A stretch of DNA of 63,985 nt, filler included, from Candidatus Hydrogenedentota bacterium (GCA_040752395.1; 5 parts of 5 records of this genome joined end to end with filler, not necessarily neighbours in it), one strand, 5' to 3'. Positions 48,033-58,298 are shown, counted from the whole stretch's first letter. Notes: generated by a model not told the origin, from the letters alone. Program-made: numbers and translations.

Positions 48033-50288
48033 ATGACAGAAGAAAAAAAATATTATATTTTATACCACAATGCTGTTTATGGCTCATATACAATTGAAGA
48101 ATTAGAGTTATTTCTTACACCAGCAACGCTTGTATGCCGTGTTGGTGAAGATACCTGGCATACTGCATCAGATGTAGAAGAATTAAAACCATTATTACAA
48201 AAAAAAGCTACGCGACTTGAACCTGAGCAACCACCGGGATTTGAATACTATGTTTTACATCAAGGTAAAGAATACGGACCATATTCATTAGAGCAATTAA
48301 AAGAGTTTGTAACAAAAGCCACACAGATACGCATCGGTAAAAGTAATCGTTATATTCCTGCCTTTGAGCTTGCTGAACTTTACGATTTTTTTGAAAAAAA
48401 AGAGGTATCAGTTGAAAAATATTGGTTCTACTATGATGATTCCGGAAAAGAGTTCGGTCCTTTTTCAAGACAGGAGCTTATCAATTTAATTAAAGAAGGC
48501 AAAATAACGGCACAAATGAAATTTAAACATATAACATGGAATATCCCTGTTATCCTTTCTGAATCGAAATTATACAAAGAGGTTACGAGTCCAACTGAAC
48601 CTGGAAAACCAGAACCATCAGAAAAGAAACGGTTCGAATGGTATAAATTTTCGTTATTTATCTTTGCTTTCGCAGTTTTATTAATAGGATACTTTTTTCC
48701 TAAATCAGCCATTAAGGAGAATGCCAGGAATAAATCTGTTATTCAGCAAGAAACAAGCCAGGCTGAAGTTGATAGAGAAAATATAAAATCCGAATCTTTA
48801 AAAGTCGCCCCAATATTTGGAAGTTTATCCATTCCCCGGGAAAAAGAAGCTTGTTTAGTAGTTACGATGGTTGATGTAGGACAGGGGGATGGTTTTATTA
48901 TTGTAACGCCTTCAAAAAAGGTTTATATAATTGATGCTGGTACGAATTCTACGACTACTATGATACCTTATCTAGGTAAACTGGGAATAACTAACATTGA
49001 GGCTGTTATAATGAGCCATCCGCATACTGACCATATAGGAGGTATTGAAAAAATTTTATTAAATTTTCCTGTAAAAGAGGTTTATGACCCTGGTTACCCG
49101 CACACAACAGCTGTTTATAAAAAGTTGCTGGAACTAATACTTAACAAAGGGATAAATTATATTAATCCCAGAGCAGGTGATGAATATACCTTTGCAGATA
49201 ATATCAGGGTTCAGATATTTCATCCGGATAGACCCGAGTACAGCAATATAAATAACAACTCTATAGTATGTAAACTTACTTACAACAAGACATCGATACT
49301 TTTTACAGGTGATGCTGAGGAGATGGCTGAAAAAATTATGTTAAATAAGTATGGTGACCAGCTACGAGCAGATGTTTTGAAAGTGGGTCATCACGGGAGT
49401 ACAACCTCAACTACTGAAGAATGGTTGAGCAGGGTACAACCTAAAATTGCTTTGATTTCGTGCGGTGTAGGGAACAGCTACGGACATCCGCACACAGAGG
49501 TTATTGAGCGTTTGGGAATGCGTAATATTGAGATCTATCGAACTGATTTAATGGGGTTTGTAATATTGAGATCAGATGGAATGAAATGGAGCGTAACAAC
49601 TCATGAAACGCTTTATGATGATGTTCATTTTGTATTTGATAAGGGGCTGATATATTATGAAACATTTGATGAGATAAATTTTTTAAAAAAATCTGGTTGG
49701 AGCGAGATGTTTGTTTCAGGGAGGGCTGATATATCAGGTGGTGCTTTAACTCTATACGCAGAACCGCGTGAGCAGATATATACTAAAGAGCCATCCGGAC
49801 CATTAATACTAAAACAGCTGGAGATAGAGGATGGATACACAGTACTTATCAAGATGCAAGGTTCGGAGGCAAGAAACACTGATGGCGCGATTGTTATTTT
49901 TGGAGATAAATGGAACTGGGTATCATTAAGTTGTGCTGAGAGTAGAAACATCAGTCTTACAAACACAAATAACACCAATCAGAATACCGAATATTTTTAT
50001 TTAAAGAAAAAACCAATATTTTATGCGATTGAATTTTTTAGAGATAATATTAATATAGCTATTAGTGAAAACAGGAAGGATTGGGTAGTTATACGGCGTT
50101 ATAAAGCAGCGGAGCTTGGTTTTTCTATTTCAGATGCTCAAATTGGTCTTTCGGCAAATTCCCGGGGTTATCAGCAAGCATTAGCTTTTTTCTTTGAGTA
50201 TGCGGAATACAGTAGTAGTAGCAGGGATGCGTTACGCACAACAAAAAACCAGAACTTTGTTCAGGGACAGAGTCAGCAAAAAAAATAG
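48033..50288 (+). CDS. GYF_2(DUF4339)-repeat, TM, ComEC-like MBL hydrolase and C-terminal beta-domain fusion
   Basis: Three YG(S/P)Y/FGPF..EL repeats; DVGQGD, SHPHTDHIGG, FTGDAE, KVGHHGS and NSYGHPH. Confidence 0.85.
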   Translation: MTEEKKYYILYHNAVYGSYTIEELELFLTPATLVCRVGEDTWHTASDVEELKPLLQKKATRLEPEQPPGFEYYVLHQGKEYGPYSLEQLKEFVTKATQIRIGKSNRYIPAFELAELYDFFEKKEVSVEKYWFYYDDSGKEFGPFSRQELINLIKEGKITAQMKFKHITWNIPVILSESKLYKEVTSPTEPGKPEPSEKKRFEWYKFSLFIFAFAVLLIGYFFPKSAIKENARNKSVIQQETSQAEVDRENIKSESLKVAPIFGSLSIPREKEACLVVTMVDVGQGDGFIIVTPSKKVYIIDAGTNSTTTMIPYLGKLGITNIEAVIMSHPHTDHIGGIEKILLNFPVKEVYDPGYPHTTAVYKKLLELILNKGINYINPRAGDEYTFADNIRVQIFHPDRPEYSNINNNSIVCKLTYNKTSILFTGDAEEMAEKIMLNKYGDQLRADVLKVGHHGSTTSTTEEWLSRVQPKIALISCGVGNSYGHPHTEVIERLGMRNIEIYRTDLMGFVILRSDGMKWSVTTHETLYDDVHFVFDKGLIYYETFDEINFLKKSGWSEMFVSGRADISGGALTLYAEPREQIYTKEPSGPLILKQLEIEDGYTVLIKMQGSEARNTDGAIVIFGDKWNWVSLSCAESRNISLTNTNNTNQNTEYFYLKKKPIFYAIEFFRDNINIAISENRKDWVVIRRYKAAELGFSISDAQIGLSANSRGYQQALAFFFEYAEYSSSSRDALRTTKNQNFVQGQSQQKK

Positions 50289-50323
50289 TTGATTTTTATA
50301 AATAAATCGCTATAATAACTACG

Positions 50324-51763
50324 ATGATAAAAGAGATTAGGAAACTTGATGACAGGGCCCGGCGAGCCTATATAAAAATTAATGTCTCACCAAATCAGCT
50401 TAAAGCAACCTGCAAAATAGATATACCTGAAGAACTTGAGCCGGTAATACTTACAAAAGAGGATATCAAGGCCGCGTTAAAATTAAGGGGAGTAGTATTT
50501 GGCATAAATGAAGAAATTGTAAATGATATAATTAATCCCCCATATCGGCGAGAGGTTGTTATTGCAGAAGGGAAGCCAAAGAAGAACGGAGAAGATGCTA
50601 AACTCGAGTATCTTTTTGATCTTGGGAAATTGACACCAAAAGAGTTGGAGGATGGCAGGGTTGATTTTTTTGAGTTAGGGTATGTTAAGAATGTTGTGGA
50701 GGGTCAGATACTTGTAAAGAAGATACCACCCACATCAGGTGAAGCCGGGATGACTGTTACAGGTAAACGGATCGAACCGATATCTGGCAGAGACAAGAAA
50801 CTGCCAATGGGTAAAAATACTGAAATTTCACCCAATGGACTTGAATTAAGAGCTACGACCCAGGGTCATGTTTATATCAAGAATAATAAGGTTATGGTTG
50901 AAAATATATTTGTTATAAGCAGTGATATAGATGTTTCTACGGGTCATATAGATTTTCTTGGCAGAGTTATTGTACATGGTGATGTGGCTGATAGAATAAG
51001 AATAACGGCCCGGGATGATATTGAGATTTATGGAGATGTTAGAGCAGCAACGATTAAATCGACTGAGGGAAGTATAAAAATTAGCAGAGCTATATTTGGT
51101 CGAAACAGCGCGTTTCTTAAAGCAAAGAAGAATATCTCGGCAAGATTTGTTGAGCAGGCAAGACTTGAGGCTGGTGGAGATGTTATTGTTCAGGAATATA
51201 TATTACATTCTGAAGTGAGGTGTGAGGGTAAGATAGCTGTACTTGGCAAACCTGGTATAATTGCCGGAGGTTCTTATTATTGCATAGAATCTTTATATAC
51301 AAATGACCTGGGAAGCGAATCCGGGGTTAAAACGCAGGTAGAGGTGAATGATTTCACAGCACCAAAGTTGCAGGAAGAGATGTCTAAATTATTAGATGAA
51401 AGGTCTGTATTAAAAGCGAAATTAGCACCATTGGAGAGGGCGCTTAAAGATTTAAGAGAGATAGGGATTAGAGAAGATGCGCTGGCTACACAGAGAAGAG
51501 AAGAGCTATTAGAGCTTGTTAAACCGTTTCGTTATCTTTACCCGCAGTTATGTCTTCTTGAAGATGAGGTTGAAGAAAAAAAGAAATTTTTTAAAACTCT
51601 AAGTTCACCGCAAGAGGTTGTATGTCTTGGAAGGATATATCCCGGGGTGATAATAAAGATTGGTCCTGATGAAGTAGTAATAAAGGCTATGTATAGCAGT
51701 AAACGTTTTGTGCTTATTAATAACAAAAGTATCAGTGTCCGTGATGTGAGAGCTGGAAGATAA
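50324..51763 (+). CDS. FapA/DUF342 family protein
   Basis: DGRVDFFELG, DVSTGHIDFLG and G.IYPGVIIKI. Confidence 0.9.
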   Translation: MIKEIRKLDDRARRAYIKINVSPNQLKATCKIDIPEELEPVILTKEDIKAALKLRGVVFGINEEIVNDIINPPYRREVVIAEGKPKKNGEDAKLEYLFDLGKLTPKELEDGRVDFFELGYVKNVVEGQILVKKIPPTSGEAGMTVTGKRIEPISGRDKKLPMGKNTEISPNGLELRATTQGHVYIKNNKVMVENIFVISSDIDVSTGHIDFLGRVIVHGDVADRIRITARDDIEIYGDVRAATIKSTEGSIKISRAIFGRNSAFLKAKKNISARFVEQARLEAGGDVIVQEYILHSEVRCEGKIAVLGKPGIIAGGSYYCIESLYTNDLGSESGVKTQVEVNDFTAPKLQEEMSKLLDERSVLKAKLAPLERALKDLREIGIREDALATQRREELLELVKPFRYLYPQLCLLEDEVEEKKKFFKTLSSPQEVVCLGRIYPGVIIKIGPDEVVIKAMYSSKRFVLINNKSISVRDVRAGR

Positions 51764-51772
51764 CTATTAATT

Positions 51773-53119
51773 ATGCAAATCCCAGATGAAGTAAAAATAT
51801 TGATAAATAAATTTAATGAAAAAGGGTTTAAATCGTATCTTGTTGGTGGTTGTGTAAGAGATTATCTTATGGGTATAAAAGTTAATGATTATGATTTAGC
51901 TACTGATGCAACACCAGATGAGACAAGCAAAGTATTTAGCCATACGCATCCTGTAGGTGTAGATTTTGGTACGGTCCTTGTCATTATTCAAGGAAAGGGA
52001 TTTGAGGTAACGAGTTTCAGAAAGGATATCGAAACAGATGGTCGTCATGCAAAAGTAGAGTTCTCACGAAATCTTATTGATGACCTGAACAGACGTGATT
52101 TTACGATTAATGCTATAGCTTATGACCCTTTGAAGGATGAGTATATAGACCCTTTTAAAGGGAGAGAAGACATAAAAAACAAGATACTACAAAGCGTCGG
52201 TGATTCACGGAAGAGATTTAAAGAGGATTACCTGCGGATTTTACGCGGCATAAGGTTCGCAGCTCGGTTTAAATTACAGATTGAGCAGTCTGTAAAAGAA
52301 GCTATTTCTGAAACTAAAAACGGTATAAATATTTTATCAGATGAACGGATACGGGAAGAAATTTTAAAATCGCTTGAACAGATTGACAAACCATCAGACT
52401 ATTTTAACTTGATGGATGAATTATCGGTTTTAGCTGTAATTTTACCTGAACTTACAGAGCTTAAAGGCGTAGAGCAGAATTATTATCATCTTTATGATTG
52501 TTTTACACATACAATGGTCTCGATTGACAGAATCAAAAAAAAGTATCCGTTACTCAGACTTACGGTTTTACTTCATGATATAGCCAAACCCGAGTGCAAA
52601 ACTTTTAAAAATGAGAAAAAAGATTTTACATTTACTGGTCATGACAGACAGGGTGCCAATATAGCAAAAAAAATTATGACACGATTAAAATTCTCAAAAG
52701 ACGAGATTAAATACGTAACCACTCTTATTAAAAATCATTTATATATACTTAATGAAAATGCGACCAAACCCGCTATACGCAGATATATTAATAGAATTGG
52801 TAAAGAATATTTGAAAGATATGTTCAGATTTCATTTTGCAGATGTATATTCACACAGATTTGCAGAGCAGAGAAGGAAGGAGGTACTTAATTTTTATAGA
52901 CGGATAAAGGAGGTGCTTAAAGAAGAAAATGTCTTTAGTATAAAGGACCTTGCTATTAATGGTTATGATTTAAAAGATATGGGGTTGGAACCCTCGCCTT
53001 TATTCTCTAAAATATTAAAACATTGTCTTGAGATCGTTCTTGATAACCCAGATAAAAACAAAAAAGAGATATTGATTGATGAAGTGAAAAAATATTTACA
53101 GACTTCTAGCGGGCTGTAG
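51773..53119 (+). CDS. cca: CCA tRNA nucleotidyltransferase with HD domain
   Basis: LVGGCVRD, DYDLAT, RRDFTINA, EDYLRILR and LLHDIAKP. Confidence 0.9.
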   Translation: MQIPDEVKILINKFNEKGFKSYLVGGCVRDYLMGIKVNDYDLATDATPDETSKVFSHTHPVGVDFGTVLVIIQGKGFEVTSFRKDIETDGRHAKVEFSRNLIDDLNRRDFTINAIAYDPLKDEYIDPFKGREDIKNKILQSVGDSRKRFKEDYLRILRGIRFAARFKLQIEQSVKEAISETKNGINILSDERIREEILKSLEQIDKPSDYFNLMDELSVLAVILPELTELKGVEQNYYHLYDCFTHTMVSIDRIKKKYPLLRLTVLLHDIAKPECKTFKNEKKDFTFTGHDRQGANIAKKIMTRLKFSKDEIKYVTTLIKNHLYILNENATKPAIRRYINRIGKEYLKDMFRFHFADVYSHRFAEQRRKEVLNFYRRIKEVLKEENVFSIKDLAINGYDLKDMGLEPSPLFSKILKHCLEIVLDNPDKNKKEILIDEVKKYLQTSSGL

Positions 53120-53254
53120 CCCGTAGCCTGTAGCCTGTCCTGCTACTTCTCACTTCCCACTTCTTACTTCTTACTTTTTCCGTTATCTTGCCTCTTGCCT
53201 CTTGCTTCTTGCTTCTACTTGATATCATTAGAGTTACAACGTTTTTCAGAGGAG
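53110..53254 (+). repeat. Modular repeat copy R18 overlapping the cca stop
   Basis: GGCTGTAGCCCGTAGCC, ACTTCTY x4, TTGCYTC x4; cap 5 nt before ATG 53260. Confidence 0.92.
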
Positions 53255-53259
53255 ATGAT

Positions 53260-54375
53260 ATGAGTAAGGTTTACTTTATTAATATGCGGGCTAATATGAA
53301 AAAAACGAGTTTAAAAAGATTACGAGAATTGGTATTAAAATCTAATTTTGATGAAATTTTAGAAAAGAATGATATTACAGCTGTTAAAGTCCATTTTGGT
53401 GAGAAAGGGAACGTTGCTTATCTGCGGCCGATTTATGTCAGAGAAATAATAGATATGATTAAAGAAAAAGGGGCACGGCCTTTTCTCACTGATGTAAACA
53501 CAATTTATAAAGGCTCGAGATCCGATGCTATTGTGCATTTACAGACAGCGATTGAAAACGGGTTCAATTATGCTTCTATGAACGTACCGATAATTATAGC
53601 TGATGGCTTAAAAGGCGAAGCAAAAATAGATAAACACTTTAATAATTTAAAGCATTATAAAGTCATTGAAATTCCTGAGGCTATATATTATGCAGATAGT
53701 TTAATAGTTTTATCTCATTTCAAATTACATGAAGTAACAGGTTTTGGAGGTGCATTAAAGAATGTTGGCATGGGGTTAGCCACAAAAAGGGGCAAACTAT
53801 CAATGCATTCGACAGTAGCACCTTATGTAAAAGATAAAAAGTGTATAGGTTGTAAATTATGTATTAAATGGTGTCCTATGAATGCTATAGAATTTATCAA
53901 TGGGAGATCAACGATCAATAGTGAAAAATGTATAGGGTGTGGTCAATGTTTAGGAACCTGTCCAGAAGCCGCAATAAGTTTAAAGTGGGACGCATCTTCA
54001 TCTGTTTTACAGGAGAGAATGATGGAGCAATGTTATGCAATGCTCCAAAACAAAAAAGCCAAGGTTTTATTTGTTAATTTTTGTATAGATATAGTGCCTG
54101 AGTGCGATTGTTATGGCTATTCGGACGCAAAAATATTACCTGATCTTGGTATATTTGCATCAACTGACCCTGTAGCCATTGATAAAGCCTGTGTTGATAT
54201 GGTATTGAAGTCCATCCCTCTTGAAAAAACAGAGACAGTGCTTAAAGAAAGAGCAAAAAATAGTGATGTGTTCCGATGGGTGTATCCTGAGATAGATTAT
54301 AATGTCCAGTTTGAGTATGCTTGTAAACTCGGGCTTGGCAGTTTGAAATACGAATTAATAAAATTATCGTTATAA
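53260..54375 (+). CDS. DUF362 protein with 2x[4Fe-4S] ferredoxin domain
   Basis: KVHFGEKGN, GFGGALKNVGMG and two CxxCxxCxxxCP; the ORF-track extension from 53188 is repeat DNA. Confidence 0.92.
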   Translation: MSKVYFINMRANMKKTSLKRLRELVLKSNFDEILEKNDITAVKVHFGEKGNVAYLRPIYVREIIDMIKEKGARPFLTDVNTIYKGSRSDAIVHLQTAIENGFNYASMNVPIIIADGLKGEAKIDKHFNNLKHYKVIEIPEAIYYADSLIVLSHFKLHEVTGFGGALKNVGMGLATKRGKLSMHSTVAPYVKDKKCIGCKLCIKWCPMNAIEFINGRSTINSEKCIGCGQCLGTCPEAAISLKWDASSSVLQERMMEQCYAMLQNKKAKVLFVNFCIDIVPECDCYGYSDAKILPDLGIFASTDPVAIDKACVDMVLKSIPLEKTETVLKERAKNSDVFRWVYPEIDYNVQFEYACKLGLGSLKYELIKLSL

Positions 54376-54478
54376 ATTCCCCATCCAGCTATAAAAATAG
54401 CGGAATTTAGGTTTTAAAAAATAAAAATCAAATATAAAAAATAGCCGGGCACTATTTTATTCAGAAAGTAGGCAAATA

Positions 54479-54689
54479 AATTTGCAATTTGCAATTTACA
54501 ATGGAGCGAAGCGACAAGAAGCAAGATAACTGAAGAAGTGAGATGTATCAGGACGGGCTACAGGCTACAGGCTACGGACTACAGCCGGCTGGAACCCGAA
54601 GCCCGGAGCCTGCTGAAAAGTCTTGAGTCTTGAGTCTCGAGTCCTGTTTTGACTCACGACTCTTTTCATATCATCTTTAGTTTTTCATA
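54479..54689 (-). repeat. Modular repeat copy R19, downstream of tRNA-Pro
   Basis: Linker, GAGTC/GACTC, GGCT/TAGCC, ACTTC, TTGCTTC, then a TCGCTTCGCTCC/TTGCAAA end instead of the cap. Confidence 0.92.
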
Positions 54690-54724
54690 TTTTATATTTT
54701 ATATCTTGGTGAGAGAATTTGGGC

Positions 54725-54801
54725 TGGTCGGGGTGAGAGGATTTGAACCTCCGACTTTCTGGTCCCGAACCAGACGCGCTCCCGAACTGCGCTACACCCC
54801 G
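54725..54801 (-). tRNA. tRNA-Pro(CGG), CCA encoded
   Basis: Acceptor stem CGGGGTG/CACCCCG; TCTGG-TTCGGGA-CCAGA; GGTTCAAATCC. Confidence 0.96.
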
Positions 54802-54916
54802 ATTGTAATTTTAATAATATCAATAAAAATTAAGATTTTTCCTTGATTTCAAAGAAATTAGAACTAATTATATCAAATTATAAATGAATAATAAAAAGCA
54901 CTTTTAAGCATAAATT

Positions 54917-55018
54917 TGGTTACACTGTGGTGACAATCTAAAGCCATTTTTTAAATAAAAAATTGCCTCAAAAATTGTCACCACAGTGTAACCATCTATT
55001 ATCACCATAATGTAACCA
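54917..55018. repeat. Three 21-bp boxes: a perfect inverted pair plus a degenerate direct copy
   Basis: 54917-54937 is the exact reverse complement of 54974-54994; 54998-55018 matches the latter at 18 of 21. Confidence 0.85.
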
Positions 55019-55103
55019 TTGCAGATAACGCCGCTTGACTTGCTACTTTGATCGCTTTGTAAGTATTTTCGATTTTTTCGTCAAGTTCTTTCCAACGATA
55101 ATA

Positions 55104-55137
55104 TGGAAAGTATCCCGGACATCGTATACCCCTTAAA
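55104..55137. mobile_element. Second copy of the 34-bp element-end-like sequence
   Basis: Identical to 19455-19488. Confidence 0.55.
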
Positions 55138-55274
55138 AAAGATAAAATGTATAAGTAAAAGTAACTTTAAGTTACTAAAGATATCTATAAGTAGAAAAGA
55201 CATAGAAATAAAAAAAGAGGTTAAAAAGAGAGATGGGATCGGGCTCTTTGCTATTGCTTTCTTTATCCCTCTTT

Positions 55275-55520
55275 TTATTTACACAATTTTTCTATTGACA
55301 TCCCGCCACACCGGTAATCCACCCGGTTTTCGTCTCGTGCATATCTGCCAGCACAAAGATAACGTGTGATATCTGTACTTATAGTTGCTTCTAACGTTTT
55401 CTTTAACATCTCTAAATGTTGGGGTTTCAAATCTCCACAGATATCATCCTCTTCGACCTTGACTTCTTTCCATAAGTCTGATTCTGTTAAGGCTGTTAAC
55501 GGCTTACTCATGCTTTTCAT
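55275..55520 (-). pseudogene. IS256-family transposase N-terminal fragment, interrupted by an IS256-like terminal repeat
   Basis: LEATISTDITRYLCAGRYARDENRVDYRCG resembles IS256 N-termini; runs into GGGATGTCAATAGAAAAATTGTGTAAA. Confidence 0.7.
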
Positions 55521-55564
55521 AGGGTATGTTCCTCCTTTTTAAGAGTTTTTATACTTAATTAAGG

Positions 55565-55664
55565 NNNNNNNNNNNNNNNNNNNNNNNNNNNNNNNNNNNN
55601 NNNNNNNNTTAATTAATTAANNNNNNNNNNNNNNNNNNNNNNNNNNNNNNNNNNNNNNNNNNNN
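55565..55664. other. Artificial contig spacer
   Basis: N-run with TTAATTAATTAA. Confidence 0.99.
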
Positions 55665-56642
55665 TTGTGGATTCTTTATTTTGGAGCGGTTATAGGTTTT
55701 GATGAATATCTTTATAATATATTTTTAGTACCATTTAAACACAGGACAGTTTATGAATATTCTTTTTTATTTCACATTAAACTCGGGGTCGAACATTTAG
55801 TTGGTTTTATATCAAATCTAAATTTAGCGGAGATCTATGGTTTTTTTAGATGGACAGGGAACTTTATAATTTTCTTTGTGATAAATATGTTTGTTTCTAT
55901 TTTTATATCATATAATCTTTTGAAGAAAAAAACATATAATCCAGTTGATTTAAAGCTCTCTGTTTTATCAATAATCGGCATTTTAATGTGTTATCCTGTT
56001 GAATCCTACTGGATTTTAATATCGAAATATATTGTTTTTATTTTAGTATTTTCTTATTTTTTTGATAAAATTTTATTAAAAAGCAGATTTATTTTTATTT
56101 TAATCATATGTTTTGCATTATTTTATTCTGTGCCGCTTATATCTTCGCAGTTTATTAAAATTTGCAGGGGTGTTTATTCTGATTATAAGATAGTAAATGA
56201 ACGAGCTGATTTTAAACTGCCGCCTCAAAAAGCAGATGAACTAAAAAAGAGCATTGCTATTATAAATAAAACCGTTAGTAATAAAAAATATTATGTGGTT
56301 GATAGCTTTACAGATATGGAGATGCTATATAATTTGACGTATTACAATCACAAAAATTATTATATTTTTTTAAGAAGGGATTGTTTGACACCACAAGCGA
56401 TATCTGATTTAATAAATAGATTAAAAGATTACTTATTTATAATTATTAATCAGAAAGATTATGATCTATATGTGAGTAAAGATAAAGATTATCTTTCTGG
56501 TGGTCCATATTTAAGAACTATATCTGAAGAATTAATGAATTATATCGTTAATAATTACTTAATTATAGATCAATATAATAGGCCCGAGGAGTTAAAAGAT
56601 CCATTTATTACTGATTTTTATATATTGAAGAGGAGATTATGA
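55665..56642 (+). CDS. Membrane protein, 5'-partial
   Basis: Open from the contig edge; several TM segments followed by a soluble tail. Confidence 0.6.
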   Translation: MWILYFGAVIGFDEYLYNIFLVPFKHRTVYEYSFLFHIKLGVEHLVGFISNLNLAEIYGFFRWTGNFIIFFVINMFVSIFISYNLLKKKTYNPVDLKLSVLSIIGILMCYPVESYWILISKYIVFILVFSYFFDKILLKSRFIFILIICFALFYSVPLISSQFIKICRGVYSDYKIVNERADFKLPPQKADELKKSIAIINKTVSNKKYYVVDSFTDMEMLYNLTYYNHKNYYIFLRRDCLTPQAISDLINRLKDYLFIIINQKDYDLYVSKDKDYLSGGPYLRTISEELMNYIVNNYLIIDQYNRPEELKDPFITDFYILKRRL

Positions 56643-57142
56643 AGTATTGTATAATAAAAGAAGATGTGAAATTAGGGAAGAATGTTAAAGTTTTTTCGTT
56701 TGTAAATTTATATGGCTGTGAGATTGGGGACGGAACAAAAATCGGAGCGTTTGTAGAGATACAAAAGAATGCCAAAGTAGGTAAAAATTGTAAAATATCT
56801 TCCCATACCTTTATATGTGAAGGAGTAACCATCGAAGATAATGTTTTTATAGGTCATAATGTTGTTTTTATAAATGACAAATATCCTAAAGCCACTAATG
56901 CCAATGGTGAAATGTTAACAGATAAAGATTGGAAATGTATCCCTACTTTAGTAAAAAAAGGTGCTTCTATCGGTTCAGGAGCGATAATAATGTGTGGTGT
57001 AACTATTGGTTCTAATTCTATAGTTGGTGCTGGTGCTGTTGTTACTAAGGATGTTCCAGCAGGGGGGGTTGTTACAGGGGTACCAGCCAGGCTGATAAAG
57101 AGAAGTCACTTACTTACCGGTGGAAGAAGAAGAGTGGGATGA
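56639..57142 (+). CDS. Hexapeptide-repeat sugar N-acetyltransferase
   Basis: IGAFVEIQK, ISSHTFICEGV and VGAGAVVTKDVP. Confidence 0.92.
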   Translation: MKYCIIKEDVKLGKNVKVFSFVNLYGCEIGDGTKIGAFVEIQKNAKVGKNCKISSHTFICEGVTIEDNVFIGHNVVFINDKYPKATNANGEMLTDKDWKCIPTLVKKGASIGSGAIIMCGVTIGSNSIVGAGAVVTKDVPAGGVVTGVPARLIKRSHLLTGGRRRVG

Positions 57143-57327
57143 GCAAGATTAAATTTATTGATTTAAATAAACAATATTTATTACTTAGAGACGAAATAAT
57201 AGACAAGATCGACGTGGTATGTAGAAAATCAGCTTTTTGTTTAGGAGAATACGTTGAAGAGTTCGAAAGAAATGAAGAAGATGTAGTAACTGTTACAAAT
57301 ACAATAAAAAAATATTTAGAGGGATAA
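57139..57327 (+). pseudogene. DegT/DnrJ aminotransferase collapsed by an internal deletion
   Basis: DegT-like N-terminus IKFIDLNKQY..LGEYVEEFE joined directly to a typical C-terminal helix EEDVVTVTNTIKKY. Confidence 0.75.
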
Positions 57328-58298
57328 ATGAACCTAAAAGATAGTCGTGTTCTTATAACAGGCGGAGCAGGTTTAGTCGGCTCACACATAGCGGATCTGC
57401 TGATAAAAGAAGAGGTTTCAGAGATTGTGATCATCGATAATCTTTCTCGAGGAAGATTAGATAACCTTCGAGAGGCATTTAAGAGTGGCAAAATTAATTT
57501 TATACAGGGTGATATTAGAGATAAGAGTCTTGTTGAAAAATGTATGAAAGGTATTGATTATGTTTCGCATCAAGCAGCTATTAGAATTACAAGATGTGCT
57601 GAAGAACCACGCGAAAGTTTTGAAGTAATGTGTGAGGGTACCTTAAATGTCATTGAAGCGTGTCTTAAAGCAGAAATTAAAAAATTAATTCTTGCTTCAA
57701 GTGCCTCGGTTTATGGACAGGCAGATTTCTTTCCAACCCCGGAAGGCCATCATCTCCCTATAATAATCGCACACTCTACGGCGCTTATAAGTTATTTAAT
57801 GAACAATTAATGAGAGCATATAATGATATGTATAATTTAAATTATTTAGTTTTAAGATATTTCAATGTTTATGGACCAAGAATGGATTTACACGGCGTTT
57901 ACACCGAGGTAATGGTTAGATGGCTTGATTGCATTGATAGGGGTACACCTCCTGTAATATTTGTGGATGGTAAACAAACAATGGATTTTATTTATGTAGA
58001 GGATGTAGCATTTGCCAATATTTTGGCTTTGAAAAGTGATATTAGAGAAGACGTATTTAATATTGGTTCCGGTAGTGAAACCAGTTTAATTGAGCTCCTT
58101 AATATGATATTAAGACTTACAGGCTCTTCTCTTAAAATAGAATTTAGAGAGGAAAGAAAGATAAATCCAGTTCGTCGCCGACTTTCCAATACCGAAAAAG
58201 CAGAAAAAATGTTAAAATTTAAACCTCGCTTTACGCTTGAAGAGGGATTAAAAAAACTTATTGAATGGAGAAATAAAAATTTAGCGGTTGATTTATAA
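57328..58298 (+). pseudogene. NAD-dependent epimerase/dehydratase, frameshifted near 57755
   Basis: GGAGLVG and ASSASVYG in one frame; PYNNRTLYGAYK (YxxxK) and LRYFNVYGP in another. Confidence 0.85.

Noticed and set aside
48033..50288. Calling the gene comEC
   Set aside because: It lacks the multi-TM competence channel domain.
55103..55369. 88-aa ORF MESIPDIVYP...
   Set aside because: It reads through IS-end and low-complexity DNA, antisense to the transposase remnant.
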